Assembly: GCA_964436335.1 (NCBI GenBank)
Contig: CAYTCD010000001.1
Location: 1-52,203, forward strand
Source: an uncultured Bacteroidaceae bacterium
Lineage (GTDB): Bacteria > Bacteroidota > Bacteroidia > Bacteroidales > P3
DNA length: 52,203 bases
Direction of reading: 5' to 3'
Shown: piece by piece, positions 1 through 12,700 of the stretch
Numbering within the stretch: the first letter of the stretch is position 1
Layout of the letters: each line of letters starts with the position of its first letter
Notes under the pieces: generated by a model
The model's input: only the letters and a program-made list of their open reading frames with translations
Database searches by the model: none
What the model was told of the DNA's origin: nothing
Translations under genes and position numbers: made by a program

Positions 1-704
1 CGGCCGTAAACCGGCTTCAGGATGCTACCGCCTACCCGTACTATCGGATATACTGTATCGCATATTGTTTTCTTCAGACCCGGAGTCGGTTCCACAGGCT
101 CTTCTGTACATGTTACCGTTGCCTTTACCGTTTCGCTCGTGTTGTCTAAAGCACGCTCTGTAGTGTACGTTATTTCACAGTCTGCATTTACTTCACGACA
201 ATTCGTCACCGTACTCTTACTCCGTTCATAAACAATACTCCACGAAGTACCGCCTTTCTTCAAAGTATATACGGTATCACAAATTGTAATCTTGGTATTA
301 CAGTCTATCTTTGGAATTACACGTTCCGAACTATTATCAAGCGAACGAACTACATCATAGCCAACAACCGAACAATTTTCTGCCAACTGTTGACAATTTT
401 CAACCGTATATTTACCTCTTATGAAAGTAGGATTCCATGTGGTTCCTCCCTTCGTTAAAGTATATATTGTATCACAAACAATTTTGGATTCAACGGGTTT
501 ATTGCCAGTACAATCCAATATCACTTTCACTGTATCGGTTTCACCATGAGCATCCAACGCATGTTCAGTGGCATTGATTACACATGCACTATCAACCTCC
601 CGGCAATTCACTAATTTTCCAGCATCCAAGCGTACCACAACCATTTTACCCAAACCTGCATCAAATTGTCTGGTTACCGCAAACACCGTATCGCAAACAA
701 ACTT
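1..704 (-). repeat. Four-Cys repeat modules of about 66-73 aa (at least 4 units) at the C-terminal-most visible part of the giant ORF
   Basis: Units begin at about 704 (KFVCDTVFAVTR..), 485 (KIVCDTIYTLTKGGTTWNPTF..), 284 (ICDTVYTLKKGGTSWSIVYE..) and 64 (ICDTVYPIVRVGG..). Each has the pattern CDT(V/I)(Y/F) ... NC ... C ... (D/T)C. GC is about 35-38 percent in the three 60-nt lines I counted (241-420), against about 50 percent at 1201-1260. Confidence 0.75.
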
Positions 705-3700
705 CTTGCCCTCGCCGGCTTCTTTGCATACGATATCCACTTTGTTCCAACGCAGGTATTCACGGTAGATATCAAGATCCTGATACTTGCCGTCGTATTC
801 AAGGTTGATATAGGGCTGGCTGAAGACACTGTCGCAGAAAGGTGAGATATTGATTGTATCGCGTTCTTTCTGCGTGCCTTGGAAAGGTATCACAAATGCA
901 TGGTAACGAGAGCTATCGGTATAGGTTTCGCTACGGTTATACACCGTATCGGCATAGGTAAAGCAATAGTCAACCGGATTGATGTGGCCGGTGCTGAAAT
1001 GCATCGTATCCGCGTAGCGCCATTCCACATAACTTACATTATCGGTGGTATCGGACTTGAGACCCACTTCGGTAATACAGTAGTCGCATACCGAGGTATC
1101 GTTGAGATAGAGTTCCCTTACATGAACGTTCAAGGTGGGATAACATTCGTGTTCACCGCCACGCAGATAGAGAACAAATCGGGTGTCTTTATTCACCACA
1201 ACAGGGAATATGCTGTCTTGACGGCAAATCTCAACCGTATCGGTGTGGTTGAACCACGGATACATGCAGGCCGAAGTGGCCGGTTCGGGTCCGCTTACAT
1301 AAACATCGAGGCTGGAGCCGGCAAGAATGGTGGTGTCGTAAACACTCAACTTGTAGATATTGCCGCCATAGGTCAGATGCAACGTATCGTAGTCCATACA
1401 GCCTTCCTCATCGTTCCATACGGTAAGATAGAAGGTCTTGTTTTCGGTTACGTTTGCCATAAACGCACTGTCGGTGCTCACCACATTGCCGTCTGCACTA
1501 TCAATCCATTGGTAACGGCTTATCGCTTTAGAAACGTTCTTTACACCTACACCAACCGTTGTGGCTTCACAAACATTGGTATCGCCCGTAGTTTCCACCA
1601 ACAGCCTTTCTTTTACCTTAACCGTTACCGTATCACGGTCAGATCCGCCGCAACTTACCGTTCCTCTCAAGGGATAGATGGTATAGGTGGTGGTTTTGGT
1701 CGGAGCAAGTTTCACATTGTTGCCGTTGGCCACATTTTTGCCCGTACCCAGTTCGAACCAACGCGGCACGGTGCTTCCCGGATTGGCCACTTCGATATAG
1801 GCGGTGTCGTGGTAGCAAATTTCAACCGTATCGGGTATGACACGCGGCGAACCTACAAATTGAACGGTATAGTTCAATGTGGCCATACAGCCTTCTTGGT
1901 TCCAGGCCTTCACGGTGTCGTGGTAAATCACATTGGTATCGCCACCGGGGTTGAGATAGAGCAGACCCACTGCATTGTGTACTGTATCGGAAGTGGAAGT
2001 ATTCCATTCGTAATGGTCCACATTGGTGCCTTTTATGGTAAGTTTCACCTGCGCGTCAGAAGCACCCAGACATTGGGAGGCTCCTTGTACGGAAACATCT
2101 ATCTTGGGCGAGAAGGTCAGCTGAACCGTATCGCTCACTTCCACATGGGCACATTCATCCACACCACGGACGGTGAATATGGCGTAGGCCACCCCTCCAT
2201 TGGCCAACAAGGAAGCGGAGGGATAGAAGAAGGAACTTATCGCATTGTAATTGCTCATCCGGCTGCCTTGCGGATCGGGTACGGTATCGATAATTGTCCA
2301 TTGACAAGCGGAGTACCTGCCTATGCCGGGATAGGCAAGACGCACGGAGGTAAGGGTACAGGAATACACGTCTTCGATAGGCGTGAGATGCGGTTTGGGT
2401 ACCACGCGGATAAAGGCAGAATCGCTATAGACGCAACGGTTGTTGGAGGTCGTAACCTTGTAGTGGTAATGGTTGGTGGTATCCACAGCGGTAATAACCG
2501 AATATACATCGGGCATCACGCTGCTTCCGGCCGTATTGCCTGTCCACTGAATCATATAACCCTGACCTATCAGACCATAGAAATCCACCAACGATATCCG
2601 CGATCCTTCGCACACGGTGGTGTCGCGCAAAATCGGGAGACTATCCCAAACAATGATGGGAATGTCTTGCTGACGGGTATAAGTACAGCCCAATTGGTTG
2701 GTTACCGTAACGCTTACATTGGCCAAAGAATCTCTGGTTCCGGCAACAACGCTGATTATGGAGTCTGTTCCGGTTACCGTACCTAAGGAAGCGGTGCTCA
2801 ACTGCCAACTATAGGTATAGGTTGCCTGACTGTTCTTGCCGGCATTGGAATGAATCGAATCCAAGCCTATGGTAATCGGCTGCATGGCGCAGGCATCACC
2901 CTCGGCAATGATGAAACGCAAGTCGGGTTCAGGCAGCACGGAAATGCGGATGGTGTCGGTATGCTGGCAACCTATGTAGGATGTTCCCGTAACGGTAAGC
3001 AAGGTATCGTTGACAAACGGTCCGGCCGTTATCTTGGAGGCGGCCTTGGTACCGGTGTTCACACTAAGACCGTTCAACACATAACTCTTGGTGTTTTCGG
3101 GCATATCAAGCGCTATGCTGCTATTGTGGCATATCAGGGTATCGGCGCCCAAATCAAAGCTGTAATGACTGCGCACCACGGTAAACTTAACCGGAGGATC
3201 GCTCCAGCACATGGCCTGCGTGGCCACATAACCGAAGTAAACGGTGGTGTCTTTTTCGGGCAACAAGGTAAGGCCTCTCTGGGCGTTGTAGTCGCCCGAA
3301 TCTATCGGAAGGCCTTCCGGAGTTGTCCAACGGTAGGAAACTATCGGCGGGAACACCAACTCTCCGGTGAGCAAGGGCAACGAAATGCTGTCGCCCACGC
3401 AGATAACCGTATCGGCGGGAGTATTCGGACTCACAACAAAACTGTGTTCCACCGTAATGTTCACCACCGTATCGTTGCTACAGCCAGCCACACCGATAAT
3501 GCGTACCGGAATAGCTGTATCCTGCCATGCCGTTACGTTGAAGGTATTGTTGGAAAGACCGTCACTTACAGTGCTGTCGGGCCAGATATAGGTATTCAGA
3601 CCCGTGTTGTCGGTAATTTCGATTTGCGCCGTCTGTCCGGGACACATGCTCAAGGCGTTTTCTCCATTGGGATAGTGTACCTTGAACTTGCCTTTGGCCA

Positions 3701-6700
3701 TAGGCGGTTCCTGCATCTTGATACGGATCGTATCATTGAGCACACAACCGTTTTCGGTAGTAACGACAAGGTAGTAGGTGTAATCGCGTTCATGCTGGTA
3801 GGTCCATTCGGACGAATAGCCCGTATCGGCATGTATGTTGATGAAACTATTGATACGCCGTTGATTCCATTGGTAAATGGCCGAAGGAACGGATACACCG
3901 TTAGCGCTGCGCAAAGCCGCACGCAGGGTAAGCGGCGAGTTGGTACAAGCCAGACTGTCTGACTTGTCGCGTTCAATATAGTAGCTGTCGCAACGGATAA
4001 TGAACAATTGCAGGCTATCCTTAAGCGGGCATTCGTTGGTGCTGTTCACACTCAGGTAGAGCATTACGCTGCCGGCGGCATAATCGGCCGCAGAAGGCGT
4101 ATAAATCGGATGCAGGATATTGGCGTTATCGAAAGTACCGCTTCCCGAAGTGGTCCATTGCGGAGCACCTTGCGCCACCACCGTATCGCCGTGTACGCGA
4201 TAGGTTTCATTTTCCATGATGGTGTCGTTCGGACCGGCTTCCAACCAAGCATCCAGCGCTTGCGGACTACGTTGAACGGCAATCTTGTTCTTATCGTTCC
4301 AGCAACCGTACTGGTTTTTGATAACTATCTGGTAAGGCGATTGTTCGGGCAGAGGCTTAAACAACGCACTGGCCTGCCATGTGGTGCCGCCATCGATGCT
4401 GTATTGCAGTGTCTGCGCCCATCTGCTCAAAGATGCCGACGGCGTGTACATCGGAACGCTGATTTCGATAGAGGCCGTATCGTTGCTGCAAAGACGGGCC
4501 GGCGTGTATATCACATTAGAAGGCTGAATTGCAGGCGGCATCGGATAAATCACCGAATTTACCGTATCGCTCGCCACAGTGGCGTTTTCAAGACATTCGC
4601 CTGTAGCGGTAACGTTCACAAAATAGTTGTCATCGTCGAGTTTGTCAGAGGGGTTGAAGATGTTGCCACCCAAGCCCAGATCGTGAACCATACCGCCCCG
4701 GATCCGGTACCAATGGAAACTTACATCCGTGGTTTCCACTCCGTTTACAAAGGCTTTGGCCTGCAACGAAAGGGCATCTGCATCGTCAGCGCAAACGCTG
4801 TCGGGTTGTACCAACCGCACTTCGAGACGATTCTTGGCCTTTACTTCGAGGGTTATCTCATCGCGTTGAACAAGTTGTTCGGCCGTGCAATGAACCGCAG
4901 CCAAGGCGGAGGTATCGCGTACTTCAACCGTTACCGTATAGGTACCGGCCACGGAAGGACGGAGCCAAAGCTGGCCGTTGTTCTGCGACGGTACAAAGTC
5001 TGTCTGCGGCAGAGAAGGTGTAACGTTCCATGCGATGGTATAATTTCCGGGCATTCCGCCTGAAACGAGAACCTTGAATTCAACCAGACTGTCTTGACAG
5101 ATTTGTTGCGATTCTTCGCTTTCCTTGCGGGCAATCTTCACGTTTTCGATGCAACTGTCGGCCACCGTTACCTGTACTTCGGCCTGGGCTTCGCAACCAT
5201 TGGCATCGGTACCCGTTACAGTAAACAAGGTGGTGGCGGTCATGGGACCGGTAAGCGTCGAGGCCGCATCAGGATCAATCACGGAAGCGTTCCAATGATA
5301 AACATACGGTGCCGTACCGCCTGTCAGCCAAGCATCCAGCATGGCCTGGGCGTTCTTTACCACCACGGTGTCGTTGCCGGCCGTAATCCACAAAGGCGAG
5401 GAAACGTTTACTTCCATGCTGTCGGTCAACCGGATGCCAGCCGGACAGGCATCCTCGGCGGTTTGCCATTCAACCTTGAGCAAGCCACCATGGCCAAGTT
5501 GTTGCGGATCAAGACGGAGCGTCTTCACATCCTGGGCAATCAGAATGCCGTTGAGATACCAGAAGAAGCGGTCTCCGGCACGGGTGGCGGCCGTAAGGGT
5601 ATAGACGGCTTCCTGAGCGTCGGCGCACACTGTTGCAGGTCCGGAGAGGGAGAGGTCCGTATTGCGGACATCCGTGTTCACGCTAAGACGGAACGGCAAG
5701 GAGTAGAGTGTATCGCAACCTGTTGTCTGGTTCAGGTCGGGAATTATCACCGCACGGTAGTAATTGCCGTTCATGGCAAGGCTTACAGACGGAATATGCA
5801 GACGTGTGCCTTTGTTCACATACAAGGGTTCGGACACATCGCTATATGTGGTGCCGTCGGCGGATACCTGCCACTGATAAGCCTTCACGGCAGGGATATA
5901 ACCACCCACGGAGAGGGTAAAGTCGAGACTGTCGCCCGGACATACGGCCGGTGCGTTCAACGCCGACTGACCGGCCAGATACGGACATTCTTCCACTGCC
6001 ACGCTCACCGTATCCTGTCCTTCACAGCCATAAGCGTTTACAGCGGTAAAGGTGTAGGTTCGGCTGTTCTGCGCCACTACATAGGTAGAGGCCGTACCGG
6101 AGATTTCGGTGCGCGGTGCCCAATTGTATTTCATAACGGAGGTAGCTCCGCTGATTACCTGTCCGTTGAGATCCACACGTGTGCCACGGTCCACTTTTAC
6201 GTACGTACCGGCATCCACTACGGGAACGGGATGAACCGTAAGGGTGAGGGACTGGCTGGTGAGCGTGTCTCCGCCGGCGCAATTTTCATCGGCATCCACT
6301 ATGGCCACGGCATAAACCTCGGCGCCATCGGCAGGATTCTGGAGGGTAAGCGAAACGCCTTCGGATACTTTGAGACCGTTTACATACCAACTGATCTGCG
6401 GCATGTGCTGCAAACCTTCCGGCATAGCGGTAAAGGTGATGCTTTCGCCGGCACAGATTTCGGCATCAGGCTGGGCTTCGATGCCAAAATGTGTCGTCTC
6501 AGCCGTATCCACGTTCAGATAGATGATATTGGAACATGCCGGATTGTCCTCATGGTTGAGTATGCAGTATTTGCCCCAGACATAAGCTTCGGCATATACG
6601 TAATCGCCGGGCTGAACGTTCTGTCTGGTATAGGTGCTGGCTATTACGCCTTTGCGAACCTGTTGCCCGTTCACATACCAGTTGTAGCGTACGGTGGAGG

Positions 6701-9700
6701 GATCAAGACCGGCCGGCAGACGGGTAAGCGTGGCCTTGAAGGTGGCGCTTTCGCCCTTGCAAAGCGACTGGGTAGTCTGTTGCAGGTTCAAACCGATGGA
6801 AGGATAGGTGCTGGCGCCTTCTATCACAAGGGTATCGGCACTTACCAACGTATCGCAGAATGAGTAAGAAGTTACTTTCCATACCACGGTGTCGCCGTTC
6901 ACCAACATGTGGCGGTCGGTATCCAGAATACTGTCTTGGCTTACCGGTATGCCGTTCACATACCACTGGTAACGCAAGTTCCGGTAACGGTGGTAGAGAG
7001 AGGTTCCGATCTTGGCCGAAGACGCGTTGGCAACCTGCATGGCATCGATTACTCCTCCTCTGTTATAGGAAGAAGCCGAAACAAGCATGCGTACGGAGGC
7101 TTTGGCCTGCGGTTCTTCGACACTACGCAGCAACTGGCCGTTGAGATAATAACTGATATGCGCATTGTCGCGGCGAATCGTGAACACATCACCGGCACGG
7201 TATTGTCCAGCCGCGCTGTAGTTTACTTCCCAACCGTTTTCGTAGAGGTAGAAGAGTTTGGCATCACCATAGCCGTTTGCAGACAGATAGATACTGTAGG
7301 GTTTGCTCCACAGGCCGGTGGCGGCGCCCGCATATTCGAGACCGATCACCATCGCCCCTTCCTTGCCGCTTACGGTATAATTGATTTCGGCGGCGGTGCG
7401 GAGGCTGTCGGCGGCAAAGTTGGTCTGCCAACCGTTGCTGCCCGAATGAGACAACGTTCCCGTGGCGGCATCGTAACCCATCGCACCGGGTTTCCAAACC
7501 ATAGCGGAGGATATGGTCTTGCTGCAATCCGTTACATCAGCCTGCAAAGAAGCGTTCAGACTATCGGCGGGGATATGGTGCAGACGGAGTGTATCGGCAC
7601 TTTGACAGATACCTTTGTAAAGCGTGATTATCAAATTGCTGTCGCCCGTGATGGGTCCTACCTGCAAGGGCGAGGTAAAGGCGGTGCGGACAGTGCTGTT
7701 GATACTGAGACTATCGGCGGCAGGCAGATTCAACTGTACCGTCTTGCCTTCGCAAACGGCCATGCTGTCTTGCGCCAGATTGAATACCAACCGATGGACG
7801 GTTACGGTAAAGGTGTCTGTAACGGAAGGACAATCCCTCAAGGAGTAGGCACGGGCAACATAATGGTTCACGCCTTCCTGCGGACGTACACGCAAGGCCG
7901 GATACTGGTTAAGCGTCTGTTCGTTGTATTTTCCGGCCACCACCGTTGTACCGTTCAGTGTCCAGATAAAGTTGGTATAGGGCGGGAACACGTTGCCGCT
8001 GTCGCTGATGCGCGGCAGAACAAGTTCGGCGGTTTCATCGGCCAAGAGACAGATGGTGGTGTCGGAAGCGCCCAGTTTGACAAAGTTACGGCTCAATACG
8101 TTCACGGTTACAGACGTATCGACGGCACAGCCACCTACAAGGCTTACCACTTTGAGACTCACATCAAAGGTGGTGTCGGACGTCCGTCTATAGATGTTGC
8201 CTGTGCTGCTGTCGGGCCAATAGATGGTGTAACCCGCGCCGACATTACCCACCAACACACCGGCCGTACCGCCCGGACACATGGCCACCGCATTCGAGCC
8301 GGCAGGATATTCCACAAACACTTTTCCGGTGAGTTTGGCATAGGAACCCACTACCAGACGGGCGGTGTTGCTGTAGGTTACCGAACCCGACAGAGCGGTG
8401 TAGGCAATACGGTAGTAGCCTGCCCGACTTACGGCAATCGTATCGATCTTACCAGCCGCACTCACATCCACTGCATCGTTGAAACTACCGTCGGCACTGT
8501 ATTGGTAGATCCAGGATTGGGCGTTGTCGCGCGTAACGGCATCGGCCAAGATGTAGAAATCGGCTTCCTCATCGGGACAGATGGTATCGAGGGCAGGTTC
8601 GAGGATAACACCGCAGGAACTTACCATATAGTTGACCGGTACGGGTTTGCCGTGGCATTCGCCCGATATGCGGGCGGCATAGAAGGTATGCAAGCCGGGT
8701 ATCTTACCTATGGAGGCAGCGGGAGCAAACGACGATGTGTCGGCGTCTTCGGCGCTCACAGCCAGAACCTTTTTCAGGGTCGAATCGGCGAACCATGCGA
8801 TATAACCGCCCAAGTCATCAGTCTTGTAGGCTTTCACGTCAACCAGGGCCTGACCCACGCAGGCGGCTACCGTATCCGCACTCAGATGCAGGGATTCATA
8901 TCGGTAATCGGGCTGCACTTCGATATGTACAGTCTGAACGCCTTCCGCTTCACAGCCTTCCTCTCCCTTCACCATCACATGGTAGGTGCCTTCGGAAAGA
9001 TTGCGGAACATAGGATCAGCCTGCCAGGTGGCACCGCTGTCGATACTGAAGAGCAAGCCGGTCGCGCCGTTGGCGTCGATGCGGATATAGGCGGTGTCGT
9101 CCACACAGGAAAGATGGCTGTGGGCATATACCTGATAAGGTTTGAGCGGTGCAGGTACGGGATATACCGTTACGGGAACTTCGTTGCTCCGTACTTTTTC
9201 GTCTGTCTGACAACCTTCCTTAGTGGAAATTTCCACGTAGTAACGGTCGTTGTTTTCGGCATCGGGTACACGCAAGGTGGGCGAGGTGCTGCCGATATAG
9301 GAGGTTCTGCCGTCTCTTATCCTATACCATGCGTAGTTCACCGCATCGCCGGCCACAACACTATTCAAAGTGGCGTTCGCCGCAAGGATTATGGCAGTTC
9401 CGTCACATACGCTGTCTTTGTCGGCCGCAAGGCTTACTTTCAAGGTATCGGGTACAGGAATATGCAAGGTCTTGCTGGCACTGAGTACGATACCATTTTC
9501 GTAGCAGTATCTGCGTACGGCCGCACTCGTATCGGTTACGGTAAAGGTTACCGTATAGTCGCCCGGGGTGGCGTTGGAGAAGGAAAGCACGGGTACCCCG
9601 CCGTTGTTCATCTCTTCTTCACCGTCGTTGTTGTCAAGCGCCGGGCTTACCTTCCAGCTGATGTCGTATTTGCCCAGCACACCGCCACCGGTAACAAGAC

Positions 9701-12700
9701 CGGTAAAGGTGGCCGTCTTATTCACACAGACGCTTTCGGGGCCAACCAGATCCACACTCCGCAGACAAGTGTCGCTCACAATCACCCGTACCTTGGCTTC
9801 CGCGGCGCAACTCAGACTGTCGGCTGCACTTACGGTAAACAAAGTGGACTTAGTAAGGTTGACGGTAGCCGTCGAAGCCGTGCCGGCGTTGACTACCTTG
9901 TCGGCCGGGGTCCAGCTATAGGTGGCTGTACCTGTACCGTTGGAAAGCAATGCGTTGAGTTCAGCCGCAGTATTAAAGGCTACCGTAGTATCTTTCCATG
10001 CCGTAAGCGTGGGCTGTTGGTAGAGGGTTACAGTAAGCGTGTCGCTTATCTGCAAACGGTTCACGCACGGACTTGCACCGTAGAGCACACCGATTACCTT
10101 GTCACCGTTTCTTACCGAGTATCCGCGACGGTGGTCGTTTCCGTCGTATTCGAGCACACCGCTGCCGTTCTGTTTCCACATCACTTCATAACCAGGAGTG
10201 AGCTGTGCGGTGTATATCGCGCTCATCACGGTGCTTGTGGCACAGATACCGGTGGGACCCGTCAACTTGATGGTGGGTATCTGGCGGGCAGCGGTATCCA
10301 CAGTGAGCCTTATTTCGCTTGTGATTACGCTCGGACAGAACATGAGGTTGCTGTCGGTGGCCGTTACCACGCAACGGAACCTTACATCATTGCGACCGTC
10401 GAGCGCGAAGTCGGTTTTGCTGATACCCAACAGGCTGCCCGTAGCGGTGGTGGTGGCCGTAAAGCGGGCATCGCCGGCGATATCCGTCCATGTGGCGCCG
10501 CCATCGGCGGTAATCTGCCATTGGTAATGGTTCGTACCCGGACGGTATCCGTTCATCGTTATGTTCAAGGTGGCACTGTCGCCTTCGCATACCGAAGCCG
10601 GTACACCGATGCTGTTCAAAGACGGACAGTCGTAAACATTCACCTCAACCGTATCGGGTTCGGAAACGCAACCAAGGCTGTTGTAGGCCCTCAGGTAATA
10701 CATACAACTATTGTGGGCCGTTATTTCTGTATTCAACTGCGAGGCATTCGCCACACCGCCGCAGTTCGATGTCCAGGCATAGCGTACGGCCGCATCCGTG
10801 TTTTCGATCACTTCGCCCCTCAAAGCCACGCGGCTGCCGCGGTTCACCACCGTATCGGCCCATGCACGTACAACCGGAACAAGTGCCTGCCGTACAACAA
10901 CCGTATCGGAAGAAACCAGCGTGGTATCAAGACATACATCTTCGTTGTATGCCTTTACAAGCGCATGGATATGTACATCTTGGTCGGGAACCAGATTCAG
11001 GTTTTCTCCCTTCGCATAGAGGCTGTCGTTTACATACCAGCTTATTTCGTAGCGGCCGCCGTTGTTTACAATGGCTTGCAGATGTATTTCGCTGCCCGGG
11101 CAGATGGCCGGATCCATCTTGGTTTTCTTCACCAACGTAATTTCAAGCGGCTTGTTTTCCCTCAGGTTGAAGGTTACGCGGTGCGAAGGCGCCGGATTGT
11201 TTTCCGTATTCAGAACGCAGGTAGTGCCCGTTATATAAGCTTCCGCATATACATAGTCGCCTATCTTCACGCTGTCTATCACATAGACGTTGTTCTTCGT
11301 ACCCTTTACAAGCGCCTGGCCATTGCGATACCAATTGTACCGGAGGTCGTCTTGACTTATTTCGGCCGGCAGGTTGTGAACAGTGGCGGTAAAGGTAAAG
11401 GCATCGTTTTCGCAGGTACCCGCGCTATCACGCACCAAGGTTACATAAATCGGTTCGTAATCTATTGTCTTCGATACCGTAATGCTGTCGGTTGCCCTTA
11501 CCGTGTCGCAGGCCGTAATGCCGGTAACTTCCAGTTTGAGGCGGTCGCCGTGCTGCAGGTTGAATCTTTCGGCATCCCAGGTTGAAGCGGTGCTTACCAC
11601 GGTATCGTTCATCCACCACTTGTAAGACAGTTTGCCGGTGAGAGGTCCGAATTCGATGCTGTCGCTTACCTTAACAGCAGGTTCGTTCACATATACGATA
11701 TCGTTGTACGAACTACCCACATCGTAAGATCCTATCGCAAAGCGAACCCTTCTGCCCCATCCGGTTTCAGGTTCATCGATCACCTGCATCAACTTATGGC
11801 TGTTACGCTGATCCACATAGAAATAAACTTTGTGGTCGCGACGGATAACCGTAAACACATCACCCGCCAGATAGGTTTCACCCGGCAGATATTCACCCAC
11901 CAGACCGTTGTTGTACACACCTACCCGGCCTTCGGTAAAGTAGAAACCATAATCCAGTCTTGTGTCGTTATTGCCCGTGTTGTTGCCTTCGTAGCTGAAA
12001 CCTACCGTAGAAGTACGTTCCTTGCCCGTGGCCACATAGCGCATCGTGGTATTTGCCTCGCCATAGTTGCTCGTGAACACACGCTGCATGTTGCTGCAAT
12101 GAACATGGTTCAAGGTACCGCCGTTCAGATTCCAATGCAAGGGCATGTTCGAACCATCGATTTCCCAATTTACGTGCTTGGCTTCATGTTGCTGACAGGT
12201 ATCGGCACCGTCTTGCGTAAGCATCACCTTTATTTCGTTCTTGGGCAATACCGTTACAGGAATAGTGTCCGTATAGAGGCAATCCATGCTGTTGATGCTT
12301 CCTGTAAGAACCAATGTGCGGGTAGTATCCACAATACCGCTCCAGCCAAAGGCCACGCTGTCTATCACAGCCAAGGTATCGGCGGGATAAGTGCCGGCCG
12401 GCAAGGCTATCAGCATATACCGGGCGGTCTGTACCGCGTCTGTCGCCGTAGGTTTGGCTACTACCTTGTTGGCCATTGTTACCGCCTGGTCATGACATAC
12501 GGTCATGGCCTGCAGGTCGGTCTGCCATGTATAGTCTTCGCAGTGTGAGATAGACAGATACATACTGTCGATGGCATAGCAACCGAACTTGTTGTTTACT
12601 TCAAGGTAGAGGTAGATTCCATCGGCTTTCCTGTCTCCAGCACCCAATACATAGGTGGCGTGCAGGGTATCGGCGTTGAGGAAGTAACCGTCGCCGCCCG

